A DNA stretch of 61,760 nt, filler included, from Streblomastix strix (lineage: Eukaryota): assembly GCA_008636045.1 (NCBI GenBank). It is 3 parts of 3 records of this genome, joined end to end, with 100 filler letters (N's around TTAATTAATTAA, not from the genome) between each part and the next. Parts side by side here need not be neighbours in the genome. Positions count along the whole stretch, not along the records: positions 1 to 20,566 come from SNRW01000429.1; positions 20,667 to 41,225 come from SNRW01000430.1; 1 more part is not named here. One strand, 5' to 3'. Shown here one piece after another: positions 10,269 through 22,859 of the stretch. A program made the translations under genes and the position numbers. The notes under the pieces were generated by a model that was not told the DNA's origin, made no database searches, and saw nothing but the letters and a program-made list of their open reading frames with translations. How positions within the stretch are numbered: the stretch's first letter is position 1; each line of letters begins with the position of its first letter.

Positions 10269-12836
10269 ATGACCTCCCCATCTGTAGTGAATAAAAGTGA
10301 GCGTATGATAACCGAATATTCTGAAGCAGGAAATGAAGATGAAGGTGAAGACGAAGGGGAAGATGATATTGAATTGCAATAAAAATAATAAACAGAAATT
10401 ATTCTAAAAAAAGAACCAATCAGTAAACGTAAAAGAAAGAAAAACTCGCTCTCTGTCAATTTAACATGTATATACATAATATTTTTTAACTTCAGTTTCA
10501 ATTTATTAATAATATTCTTTATTTCTTTGCTAATATTAGTATGTAAATATTAAGTGCTTAAGGACGTTATCAAAGAACTTGGATGGGTAGAAACAGAAGA
10601 TGAGAATGAATGGATTTTATTTTGGACAGACAGATCAGTCTGTGCAGATCGATTAAAGAGGATGCAAAGTTATCAGAAAATAAATCACTTCCCAGGAATG
10701 AGGTAAATTAATTATCAATATTTGCTGAATTTAATATATAATTATCATTTATTTCATTTATTATACTATCATCATTCATTTTATTTAATTTATTAATATT
10801 ATTTTCTACGATTAATATATTGTCATCATTCATTTTATTTAATATATTATTTTTAGCGAAATAACTCGTAAAGTTTGATTAATAATAATCATATTTAATA
10901 AAAATTTTGATAATTTTTTATATCTTTAGGATTGTTTAGGAAGAAATATGAACAGAATGAAGAAGCTCTATCCTGAAGAATATAAATTTTTACCTAATAC
11001 TTGGATTCTACCACATGAGTATATCAATATTTAACGTTAAAATAATATTTTTACCAATTAAAATATGATTATTAATTTAATTTTCAGTTACAATGATTTA
11101 AAAAACTTTTGCTAAAATCATCGAAATACAAAAACGTTAATAGTGAAACCAGATGCAAGTTGTTAAGGAAGAGGAATCTTTCTAACTCGAGATCCAGACT
11201 CAATTTCATATTCAGATGATTTTGTAGTATAAACATATTTGTCTAAACCTCACCTTATAAATGGATACAAATATGATATTAGAGTGTATGTTCTAGTTGC
11301 ATCATGCAGTCCTTTATGAGTATATCTACACAAAGATGGGATAATACGTTTTTGTACAGAGAAATATGAAAAGCCATCTTCAGAGAATATCACACATCAA
11401 TACATGCATTTAACCAACTATGCAGTTAATAAGAGGAATAAGAATTTTGTCTTCAATAAGAATAAAGAAGCTGATGATGAAGGAAGTAAGTGGTCTCATG
11501 CATCATACAGAAAATATATGGAAGAACATGAAAAAGTGGATATTGATATGTTGTGGAAACGTATTGGATTGTGCTGTGTAAAGGTTTGTAACATATTATT
11601 TCATTATCATTGAAATTATTATATTAATTATCATTGAAATTATTATATTTATTATCATTGAAATTATTATATTTATTATCATTGAAATTATTATATTTAT
11701 TATCATTGAAATTATTATATTTATTATCATTGAAATTATAATATTTATTATTTTATCATACACTTTTAACAGGTGATAGTACCAATTCAATCTATTTTAT
11801 CCCATACATATACCATTTGTACTCCAGATGATTAAATTACAGCTAGATCGAGCATGTGCTTCGAAATCCTTGGTTTTGACGTTATTCTGGACAATTAACT
11901 TGAACCACATGTTTTGGAGGTAAACCATTCCCCATCTTTTGCAACGGACACACCCTTAGACCACCACGTTAAAGTATATTATTATACTTTATTATTATTA
12001 TTATTATTAATTCTCATTCTTCTTATTGTAATTTTTCTTTATATTATTAGTTTTCAGTTATTCGTGATACTCTTATTCTTATGCACATTAATACATCTGA
12101 TAAATTTACATGCAAGAGAATGTAAAGATAATAACATCTTAAAAGAATTCTTCGACCTATTTAATAGCGACCATCATCTCCGTTTGATAAATAAGATAAA
12201 GAAAGAACTGAAAGAGACAATAAATCAAAAGGAATAAGAACATAAGGTCAAATATCTTCAAACTAACCTTAATCATAAAATTAGTAACTTTCAAACTAAA
12301 ATACTGATTTAATTCCGTAAAGATCAGGAAGCGCGTAAATAAGATCAAAAACATCGAATCTAATTAAGAAGAAGACTCCAATATCAATAAAACCCTTTGA
12401 TCCATAATTGTGGGAATAAAATCATTTAGGAGAATTTATTAGAATTCATCCTATTCCAGAAACCGAAGGATTTGAAAGATTTATTATTTCACCCGAATAA
12501 TTCTTTGCAGCAGAAACAGCATCGTCAAAAGCAAGAAGAGAATAAATACAGCGTTCAAATGAAGAGAAAGAAAAAGAAAGATAAAAAATAGCATCAAATC
12601 GACCATATGGAAGTTCTATTTAATTAACAAATGCAAATACAAATAATTCAAACATTTCTTCTTCATAGGCATAATCAGTATCTGGAAATATATAAAATAA
12701 ATAATCATCATCATCTAATACTTAATTATAATCAGTAAATTCAAATAATAATATAAGATGACCATCAGCTTAAAGAAGCAATCCATTTCTTCCTTAATTT
12801 CCTTCTTCCTCACCAACACCACCAATTGATACAAAC

Positions 12837-12906
<70 letters not shown>

Positions 12907-15900
12907 CAATATATTCATAATATGCACCTCCTGGAACTACATAAGTTAGTAATATCCAACAGAGAACATCATACAGCGCAACTGGATAAAGTAGTACAAT
13001 TAATATAAATGAATAAAAAGAAAATAGAAATTAAAGAAATAGAAAAAGAGTAAACAGAAATATAACATGAAACAGAATAAATTAAATAGAACTTCCATAT
13101 GGTCGATTTGATGCTATTTTTTATCTTTCTTTTTCTTTCTCTTCATTGAAATTAATATATTTATTTTTCTATCATACACTTTTAACAGGTGATAGTACCA
13201 ATTCAATCTATTTTATCCCATACATATACCATTTGTACTCCAGATGATTAAATTACTGCTCGATCGAGCATGTGCTTCGAAATCCTTGGTTTTGACGTTA
13301 TTCTGGACAATTAACTTGAACCACATGTTTTGGAGGTAAACCATTCCCCATCTTTTGCAACGGACACACCCTTAGACCACCACGTTAAAGTATATTATTA
13401 TACTTTATTATTATTATTATTATTAATTCTCATTCTTCTTATTGTAATTTTTCTTTATATTATTAGTTTTCAGTTATTCGTGATACTCTTATTCTTATGC
13501 ACATTAATACATCTGATAAATTTACATGCAAGAGAATGTAAAGATAATAACATCTTAAAAGAATTCTTCGACCTATTTAATAGCGACCATCATCTCCGTT
13601 TGATAAATAAGATAAAGAAAGAACTGAAAGAGACAATAAATCAAAAGGAATAAGAACATAAGGTCAAATATCTTCAAACTAACCTTAATCATAAAATTAG
13701 TAACTTTCAAACTAAAATACTGATTTAATTCCGTAAAGATCAGGAAGCGCGTAAATAAGATCAAAAACATCGAATCTAATTAAGAAGAAGACTCCAATAT
13801 CAATAAAACCCTTTGATCCATAATTGTGGGAATAAAATCATTTAGGAGAATTTATTAGAATTCATCCTATTCCAGAAACCGAAGGATTTGAAAGATTTAT
13901 TATTTCACCNNNNNNNNNNAGAAGAAGACTCCAATATCAATAAAACCCTTTGATCCATAATTGTGGGAATAAAATCATTTAGGAGAATTTATTAGAATTC
14001 ATCCTATTCCAGAAACCGAAGGATTTGAAAGATTTATTATTTCACCTGAATAATTCTTTGCAGCAGAAACAGCATCGTCAAAAGCAAGAAGAGAATAAAT
14101 ACAGCGCTCAAATGAAGAGAAAGAAAAAGAAAGATAAAAAATAGCATCAAATCGACCATATGGAAATTCTATTTAATTAACAAATGCAAATACAAATAAT
14201 TCAAACATTTCTTCTTCATAGACATAATCAGTATCTGGAAACATATAAAATAAATAATCATCATCATCTAATACTTAATTGTAATCAGTAAATTCAAATA
14301 ATAATATATGATGACCATCAGCTTAAAGAAGTAATCCATTTCTTCCTTAATTTCCTTCTTCCTCACCAACACCACCAATTGATACGAATATATAATAGTA
14401 ATAGTAATAATAATCAATTTATTCATAATATGCACCACCTGGAACTACATAAGTTAGTAATATCCAACAGAGAACATCATACAGCGCAACTGGATAAAGT
14501 AGTACAATTAATATAAATGAATAAAAAGAAGATATTAATATACCATATTAATAATAATCAAGTTAATTCTGGTAATAAGTTAAATCAATTACTGATAAAA
14601 ATGAATCGAATATCACCTCAAATTAAAATTCGTAAAACGATTCATCAAATTAAATTCAATCCAACTAATAAAGTTAAGCCAATTAAATAAATAATGATAT
14701 TAAAAGAAGGTAATCATTATAATTTATAGTAATGCATCCTCCTCCATCAGATTATACGTGGATACTAAATAAATCAATTGATTTACATTCTAATAATAAA
14801 GAAATTAATAATAAATAAATAATTAATTAAGAAATTAGTGAAAATGTTACTTTACAGAAGAAAGAGATTATAGCTGGTTTATAACGAAGATGGAGTGCAT
14901 CTAATTAGAAATAATAAAAAGAATAATAATAGGAATAACAATAATAAGAATAATAATTAAAATATAAGAAAGATGCAATCTTAGAAAGATACGAATTGAT
15001 GAAATAATTAAATTTCAAATAATTTGCATCTTAAATTGTTGAATATGGTAAGAAAGGTGGAGGAAAGAAATAACACATTTCAATTGCACAATAATAAATA
15101 GATTAATTATAAGAGAAAAATAAAATAATGAAGAAAAAATAAGTTGAAATATAATAGACTGATAGTTCAGATAAAGAATATTATGGATAACAATTTATGA
15201 AAGATAAACTTTCTAATGAAACTAATGATGATATAAGAATGAGAAACAAAAGAAAATAAATTAATGAAAATTAAGTTTAAAATATTAATGATAATAATAA
15301 AGAAATAAATCAGTTATAATAATAGTAAAATCAAACAAATACAAATCAAATCATTTCATAAACTTCATCACTACTCATATAACAACCTATTAATTCTTAG
15401 ATTGAAAATTCAAATTTGGAGTAATCCGAACAACAATAACATATACAATCCATTTCACATATATTTAATTAATAACAATCAATACCCATTTCATCACAAT
15501 AATAAATATAACCAATAAATATATCTTCTTAATCTTAAACAAATCCGTCTTCATTTTTTAATCATATATCAGAATCAAATTCGAATTAAGAATCTTTTAA
15601 TTCATTATAATTAAGTTAAAGATCATTAACATCTTCTGGCAGACCAAGACCCCAATCAAAGACTTCATAATCATCAAATCAAAATACTTAAACTGGAATG
15701 TCAGCATCAAAAGATGAAAATGAATATTAACTAAGATAGTCTAGATCATCCAGTGCTGACTCAAGATAGAAATAAGCATTGAATAATAAAGAAAATATTA
15801 TTTTAGTTATTAATTCAAATCGTTATGATGAAGATCTTCGTTCTAGCTAATTGTCGAATAGATTAAATTCAGTAAGGAGTATATAGTAATAAGATAATAT

Positions 15901-16666
15901 CATTGATTATAAAAACTTTGAATCTAATAATATAAATCCGATCACAACTTCAAATATTACTTTCAATGGATTAAATAATAATAAAAATAACTATTAAAAT
16001 TCAATATCTACTGCAACGAATCATCTCCCAATTGCATATGTATAACAACAAATCAAACGAAACTCAATGTTTGCACCATCTTCCTATTAAGCAAATTCAA
16101 ACATCACTGATAATAATAGCAGAAGTAGTGATAATATTAGTTTAAGTAGTAGAAAAGAACATTAATAAGAAACAAATTCATAATAATTTGAAGGGAGAAT
16201 ATCCAAATCTCCCAATTCAATATATTCATCTACATCATCATCATCCATTCAATAAACAACAAAACCTTATCATAGAATTAATTTACATATCTCATCTAAT
16301 AACTAATTATCACCACAAATATCATCAATTAAAAACCATACATTACTTTCATAAAATCCTCTTCTTTATTAATCACGTTAATCTCCATCATTCTACACTT
16401 CAAATATTAATCAAAATAATACAAATTCATACATATTTCAATCTTCTAATTAAATTCGATCATCGCCATCACCTCCTGCTGCTAAAAAACCCGGTACACA
16501 ATCTTCATCATCCTCTTAATCATCTCCTCGTCCTAAAATCAACTAGAATTCGCCAATATTAACTGGGAGCAGGATAAGTAGTCGATTAAGCGCAGATCAA
16601 ATACATATATTATCACCACCACTACTAAGATCAATTGAAGCAAGAAAATTGAATGGTCAAATATGA
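10269..16666 (+). CDS. Tubulin polyglutamylase TTLL6/TTLL13-like with a long Q/N/S-rich tail; contains an internal duplication and in-frame TGA codons
   Basis: QKINHFPGMSEITRKDCLGRNM, IVKPDASCQGRGIFL, KYDIRVYVLV, MHLTNYAVNK, CFEILGFDVILD, LEVNHSPSFATDTPLD, HLGEFIRIHP, ETASSKARREQ. Confidence 0.9.
11604..11747 (+). repeat. Intronic 24-bp minisatellite, about 6 copies
   Basis: Unit ttatcattgaaattattatattta in tandem, no spacers. Confidence 0.9.
12840..12905 (+). repeat. (TAA)n tract encoding poly-Gln in the TTLL frame
   Basis: In frame with DTNI-QQQ...-SIYSQYAPP; the second copy (~14392-14412) mixes TAA and TAG. Confidence 0.85.
13063..14530. repeat. Near-identical duplication of TTLL exons (about 11755-13020) with a short inverted piece and a 10-N gap
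   Basis: 13170-13909 repeats 11755-12493; 13920-14530 repeats about 12367-13020; 13083-13147 is the reverse complement of about 12558-12622. Confidence 0.9.
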
Positions 16667-17090
16667 ACACCTTATAAAATATCTAGTTTTATTACATTTT
16701 TACCAATAAATACAATTTTTACAATTAATTAATATGGCCTTGGGGTTTAGTTTTATTCTTTTGGCGTTTTCAAAATTTCAATTTGGAACGTGATTCTTAG
16801 CCGCCTGTTTAGTAATTTCTCTGTATATATTTATAATAAACAAATATTAACTTGATCTTGCATCACTATTATTTGCATCATCTGACACATTGTTGGTGTC
16901 GAATTTGAGAATCCAAATCTTCTATCAGTTTTATACAATAATTCCAACACTAATTATTAATTTTTTTATAAGAATTTTTATCTTTCCATCGAATTATATT
17001 GTCTTTATTGTCTATTTTATTCATTATTGAATTTATTACAGTTATTTTACTCCCTATCGTTTTTTTTCAACAAATCAATAATTTAGCAAA

Positions 17091-20000
17091 ATGAGCACTG
17101 TAGAACTTAATACATCCACTGAAAATCCACCAGAGAAAAAGAAGGAGAAGAAACTTCTTGAAACAATGTAAGGAATTTTTATACCAACAGCTTCGCAAGT
17201 TCTCGGAACATTGATTTATGTTCGACATAGTTAGATTATTGGACAATCTGGGGTTATTCTCACAGTATTCTACTGGCTAGTCAATGTCATAACAGTATGC
17301 TTGCCACTCATGTACATATTTCTTTGTATTTTATTTGTAACAATTAAGATTGTTCTTACAATATGTTCTGTTAGTGCTCTGGCAACTAATGGAAAAATAG
17401 AAGGTATTAATATTTATTTGAATACATTCTTTATTTATTTATTATTTCTTAATCAATTTTAGGAGGTGGTCTATATTATTTGCTCAGCAGAAGTCTGGGA
17501 CCTGAACTTGGTGGAGCTGCAGGTCTATTATTTTGTATGGGGAATGCAATGGCAGCGTCTATGGAAAGTTTGAATAGATAAACGTTATTTATTTATTTAG
17601 TTAACTATTTAATTAATTAATTAAATATTATATTTAATTATTATACTTAACTAATTAATTACTATATTTACTACTATTATTTATTAAATTAATTAATTAT
17701 TATATTTAATTATTTATTAAATTAATTAATTATTTATTTAATTATTTATTAAATTAATTAATTATTATATTTAATTATTAATTATTATATTTACTACTAT
17801 TATTTTTCTTATTTTTGCTATTGAATTTACTATTATTAATATTAATATATTTATTATTTAGTATTGGGCTTTGCTGAGATATTGCTAGATTTGATTCCTT
17901 GGTTTAATCCAACAACAAATTTTAATAGACAAATTATTGGACTTGTTGTTTTAGTTCTACTAATGGGAATTGTTGTTGTTGGAATGAAATTGGTTTATTT
18001 TCTTATTATATCTTTTATAAGTCAGCATATTCTAACAACAAATACTCTTTCCTTTATTAGATCAATAAATTTGAGATTGTCTTCCTTTTCTCACAAATCC
18101 TGGCTGTCCTTACATTACTTCTTGGTACTTTCTTCTAAAATGACGAATTAGGAACAAAGATGAGTGTAGAACATCTTTAGGCCAATATGGGTATAATAAG
18201 ATTATTATTCATGATATTCACTTAAATATATTTATTCACTTTAAATATTATAGGACCTAATTTTTCAGAAGGAGTAACACCCCTTAATAATTTTGCAGTA
18301 TATGCAACTGGATTCATTGATTGTGTAGCAGGGATTACTCGATCAGGATAGTTGAAGAATCCATCTAAATCAATTCCAAGAGGATCTCTTTCTGCTCATG
18401 CTTTTGTTGCTGTTATATATCTTATAGCAATATTCTTATTTGGAGCATCAGGGCCAAGAGAATCAATGAAGACTACAGAAACATTGATGGTATTGAATGG
18501 ATGGCCTCTGGCTATTCTATGCTAAATTGGAGTTATGGTGGATTCATTAGGATCATCCTTGCAATTCCTCTCTGTTGCACCAAGAATATTACAATCAATA
18601 GCGAATGATGATATCACTCCTACACTCAGATGGTTTAAAGGCAAAGGGGAGCCCAGAAAAGCTATGATTATATCGTTTATAATTTGTGCAGGATTTGTAT
18701 CAATGGGAGAACTTAATATTGTAACACCATTTATTTCATTATTCCTATTTCTTGTTTATACTCTTGTGAATGGAGTTGTATTTCTTATGGCTTATAATGG
18801 AGATCCAAATTTTCGACCTCGTTGGAAGTTTTGGAATAAATATACTGCACTCGCTGGAATGATATTGTGTATAATTATCATGTTTGTATGCTCATGGTAT
18901 TTTGCTCTTGCTGTGGTTTTGCTAACATTTCTTCTATATAAGTATTTTGAGCAATAATTTATAAGAACTGATTGGGGTGACTCATTTAAAGGACTAAATT
19001 TCACTGCAGCAAAGAATTCACTCCTTAGTCTTGAATCAACTCCCTTGAAATCCAGAAATTGGCGACCTCAAATGCTTGTGTTTGTTAAATTGAATAAAAT
19101 TGCCACTGGACAATTGGAAGCTGAGAACCAGGAACGAAGAGCGCAATAAATGAGATAAAAGTTGGAGAATCGTCGAAAGAATGAAGAACGCGAAGAAAGA
19201 AACCAAAGAGCTAAAGCCATTAAATAATATTAGAAAGATGTTTAGAAGCAGTAGAAAGAGGGTGATACAAAATATCGAACTGAGTAAAGGGAGAATTAAA
19301 GGAGAGAAGCTCGAGAGAAATAATAAGGATAAGAAAGACTGAAATCTCATAATTCATCAAGTACAATATCTGAAGGAATGCAATCTGAGCGTCTTGCTGC
19401 AAATACAGCTGTAAACAGCAATGTACAAAGAACAACTCTAGATTCTGATCCACCTAGAATTACGCTTCGTCAGATATTTGATACATAAATACCATAAAAT
19501 TCACTGATTACTCCAACTGATCAACAATAAAGAATAGGTTCAAATGTAGAAAATCAAAATATTGTCTCAAATCAAAGTTAATCACCTGGGGCACATTTGA
19601 GTAATATCATTCCTTCTCCAAATCAATAATAAAATACATCAAATGTTCATGATAATAACATTGGCCAGAACACTGACATTAATTCGGAACATTCGAAGAA
19701 TGATATTACGATTGATAGCCGATTTTAAGATGAGAATATTCGCAATAATTTATTAACAATTTCATAAATTCCAGGTCGAATTGATGAATCAAAGGAAGTA
19801 AGGCCAAGTTTAGCAAGTGTCTTTGCACCATTCAAAAGTGAAAATAACAAATCTCTATCCCCGCTTATAAGCTCAGATGAATCTTTGAGTGAAAAGAAAT
19901 AAGATTAACAATCACCATAGTAAATTATGCCTTCTAAATTGAGTACTGTTTCATCTGAAGCTGTATGTGATTAAGGCTAATTTAATTCAATACCAAATTT

Positions 20001-20566
20001 ATCTCTTCAAGCAAAAGATGCTTAAGCTTCATAACTCTAGAATGCATTATTTGATCATACACTACTAAACTTAAATGCATAATTAACATCTGATCTCGAT
20101 ACACCACAGGATAGTGCAAGACATGAATCTAATCTTGTATCATTTGCACAACAACTGACACAAGGAAGCGGTCTTGTAGTATTTGGTGGAATTCAAGAAG
20201 ATGATCCAATCGCGCTATTTAAGAATAGGAATAGGAATAAGAGAAGTACAAATGATATTGATTCATCTCCTTTGAATCTACTTCGTGCTTCTATTGATGC
20301 TTTTAAGCAAAGACTTATACAGAATAAAATTGATGCATTTGTTGAAGGAGTTTGTTCATCTAACTTCTTTGAAGGAGTGTCTGCCTTGTCACAATGTGTT
20401 GGAATTGGACAACTGAAGCCAAATTTGATTTGTCTGGGCTGGCCTGTGAATTGGAGAAGAGGGCACAATGGATCTTCTCTCAATTAGAGAGATGAAAAAC
20501 AAATAATATTCAAATAATAATAATTATAATTAATTGGTTCATAAGAAGAAGGCAATTAATTATTTG
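17091..20566 (+). CDS. SLC12-family cation-chloride cotransporter, 3' truncated by the contig end
   Basis: [116 protein letters not shown]. Confidence 0.92.
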
Positions 20567-20666
20567 NNNNNNNNNNNNNNNNNNNNNNNNNNNNNNNNNN
20601 NNNNNNNNNNTTAATTAATTAANNNNNNNNNNNNNNNNNNNNNNNNNNNNNNNNNNNNNNNNNNNN
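20567..20666. other. Artificial contig linker
   Basis: N-run + ttaattaattaa + N-run; the same linker recurs at 41226-41325. Confidence 0.95.
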
Positions 20667-21264
20667 ATATCGCGGACAAAACGTTTTAAATCGAGATTAA
20701 GCAGAAATGCGAGTATAAAGTCTCATAAATTAAGAAAATACGTCATTACAGCTATAAGTTAAAGCAAGAATTCATCCCATATTTCGAGAAATTGCATGGC
20801 GAATATGCTGAGACGATTGATAAAGGATTTAATGAATGAAATCCCCCAAAATTCCACAGTTAAAAAACCAATCTGCATTGTGAAATACAAAATTCATAAT
20901 TATTATTTTTGAAAATTCATTTTTACAAAATTCTCACAAAAACCCTATTTTAATGAATGAAATCATAAAATAATCATATCATCCTTAAATTTTGGAGTGT
21001 ACTTGGTATTTTGTTATATCAGCCGTCATTCCCGATCCCCTTTTCCAATTTCACCACCTCAACCTCAGTTACATCAGTTATTACCCTAATCATTAAATTC
21101 CCTCTTTTATCACAATTTCTTATACCATCCCCCAAACCTTTAATTCATACCCCATTTCAATTACCCCAGTAATTCATCTTCAATTACCAACAATAACCCC
21201 AATTTTAATAAATCTTTTTCAATCTCAAATCTCTCAAATCCCCCATATAATTATTTATTCCCAG

Positions 21265-21682
21265 GGTTTTTAACACTTGCCATGAATGGCGCCAATTCCC
21301 CCTACTAATATCCAAACCTCAAATGAAGGACAATTGGCAGCTTCGAACGATTTTCTTGGCAAAACAGCCTTTGCCATTTCTTACTAAACGTGTATAAGTT
21401 GATGTGGAAAGAGTATAGGAATTAGAATTTTCTCCGGCAACAGCAATTAAATAATAACTAAAGAAATTGGATCGTGCAATGTAATCTGTTCAAGAGGTTG
21501 TTAATTGTGCATAGTAATCAAAAATTAAGGAAGAAAATGTATAATAATTAAACAAAATGATAAAATATTTAAAGGATCTTTAACTCCAAGAATTAGAAAG
21601 TATGAGAAACGCAAATGAAAAATTTTTCGTATCTTAAAATGTGCTTGGGACAATGCAATCAAGGAAATTCATTTTAAATTGA
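21265..21682 (+). CDS. Hypothetical coiled-coil exon or ORF
   Basis: Open frame VFNTCHEWRQFPLLISKPQMKDNW...KLDRAMQSVQEVV...RKFILN-TGA; no family recognised. Confidence 0.35.
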
Positions 21683-22147
21683 AATTTGTATGATAATGAG
21701 AATTTGAATAAATTTAGTTTACATTTGGCTAAATTGGGATAATTGTACATTTTTTCTTATTATTTCAATTTTATTTTGCTTATATGAATTGCTTCTTGTT
21801 TATACTCAAATTTCAACTGAAGAAACAGATTAATTAGGATTTTATTGTTCTTTTTTCCTTTTTACTTTTATCATTTTAAGCAAATCATCTTCTTCATCAT
21901 CATCTTAATTATCTTTTTTCTTCTTTTGTCATAACTAATTATACCTTTATCTGGATCGAATCTCTCGAGCGGTTTGGATTTTCTTATTGGACTCAAATTC
22001 CGACTCCCTTCCTCTTTCTTTTTTTCTTCTTGCCTAATTTTATCTTTCCTTAATTTTTCTTTATTTTAGTGTTCCTTAGCTTTATATTTCTTTTCTTTGG
22101 GTAATAAGTCAAGCTATCTTTGTTTTACTATTAAATTTCTCATATTA

Positions 22148-22710
22148 TGATAAATGAATTTCCTATTTTATTTTAATTCATATGGTATACGTTGTTTTTA
22201 TCTTCTTTTGAATGGGTTCGATTTGCGCTATATATGGTATCCTGTAGATAATCGTAATATATCTGCATGAAAAGGCAGTTAACGAAACTGATCTACCTTC
22301 TCTTTTATGAATGAAGATAAGTTAGGAGTAATTTCATTTAAAATTGTCCTTATACTCATTCTGAATTAATTTCTTTCAAGTGAATTGATAATTGAAAATG
22401 CTTACTCTTCTTATAAAGTTAGTTTGAAATCTTTTTGAATTGTTTTATCATTAATATTAAGTGCGTTATTTCCATTTCTTAGTACGTGTGAAGAAACAAG
22501 TCCTAACTTTTACGTATCCTCAAAAATTATTTTTTCCTTTCAGGAGAATCATCCCCTCTAATGACTTCGTACGATTTTATTACATTTGACAAAGTGGAAT
22601 TATCGAAGGAGTGACGAGAAGATTAATTTGGAAAGAACAGTTTAAAATTAACTCTTCCATGTTAATATAAACTTCTTCATCATTGTGTGTCTTAATAGTA
22701 GGGATATTTG
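22148..22710. repeat. Direct repeat copy 1 (~560 bp), part of a minus-strand hypothetical ORF
   Basis: 22148-22681 reads identical to 25126-25659, followed by about 30 bp of imperfect match. Confidence 0.95.
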
Positions 22711-22859
22711 TGCAATTATTTTTGTAAACGCACAATTAAGAATTGATAAAAAAAATAAATATGCATAGTATATAATTTTCCTAAAATTTGTTTTAAAATA
22801 AAAATACTCCTTCCTGATTGAGATATTTTGCGCTTATATTTATGTATTATTTGAGAATG

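Noticed and set aside
11317..11319. In-frame TGA as selenocysteine or tryptophan
   Set aside because: The position is a conserved Arg in TTLLs, not Cys or Trp; no SECIS was recognised, and Trp is TGG throughout the intact genes.
11604..11747. Regular 24-bp repeats resembling a CRISPR array, and the IINIIISM ORF
   Set aside because: No unique spacers; it is an intronic minisatellite in a eukaryotic gene.
12715..13008. Poly-Asn and poly-Ile ORFs in the ORF track
   Set aside because: Off-frame readings of a (TAA)n poly-Gln tract in the TTLL frame.
16700..16990. Possible small spliced minus-strand ORF between TTLL and SLC12
   Set aside because: No recognisable motif or confident start; cannot be supported.
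17580..17860. AT-only quasi-palindromic repeats
   Set aside because: Low-complexity intron expansion of SLC12; pairing is expected by chance at this AT content.
20567..20666. TTAATTAATTAA palindrome flanked by Ns (also 41226-41325)
   Set aside because: Synthetic contig linker; adjacency across it has no biological meaning.
20667..20839. Open frame ending in TGA at the start of contig 2
   Set aside because: Only about 56 codons, truncated, with no identifiable homology.
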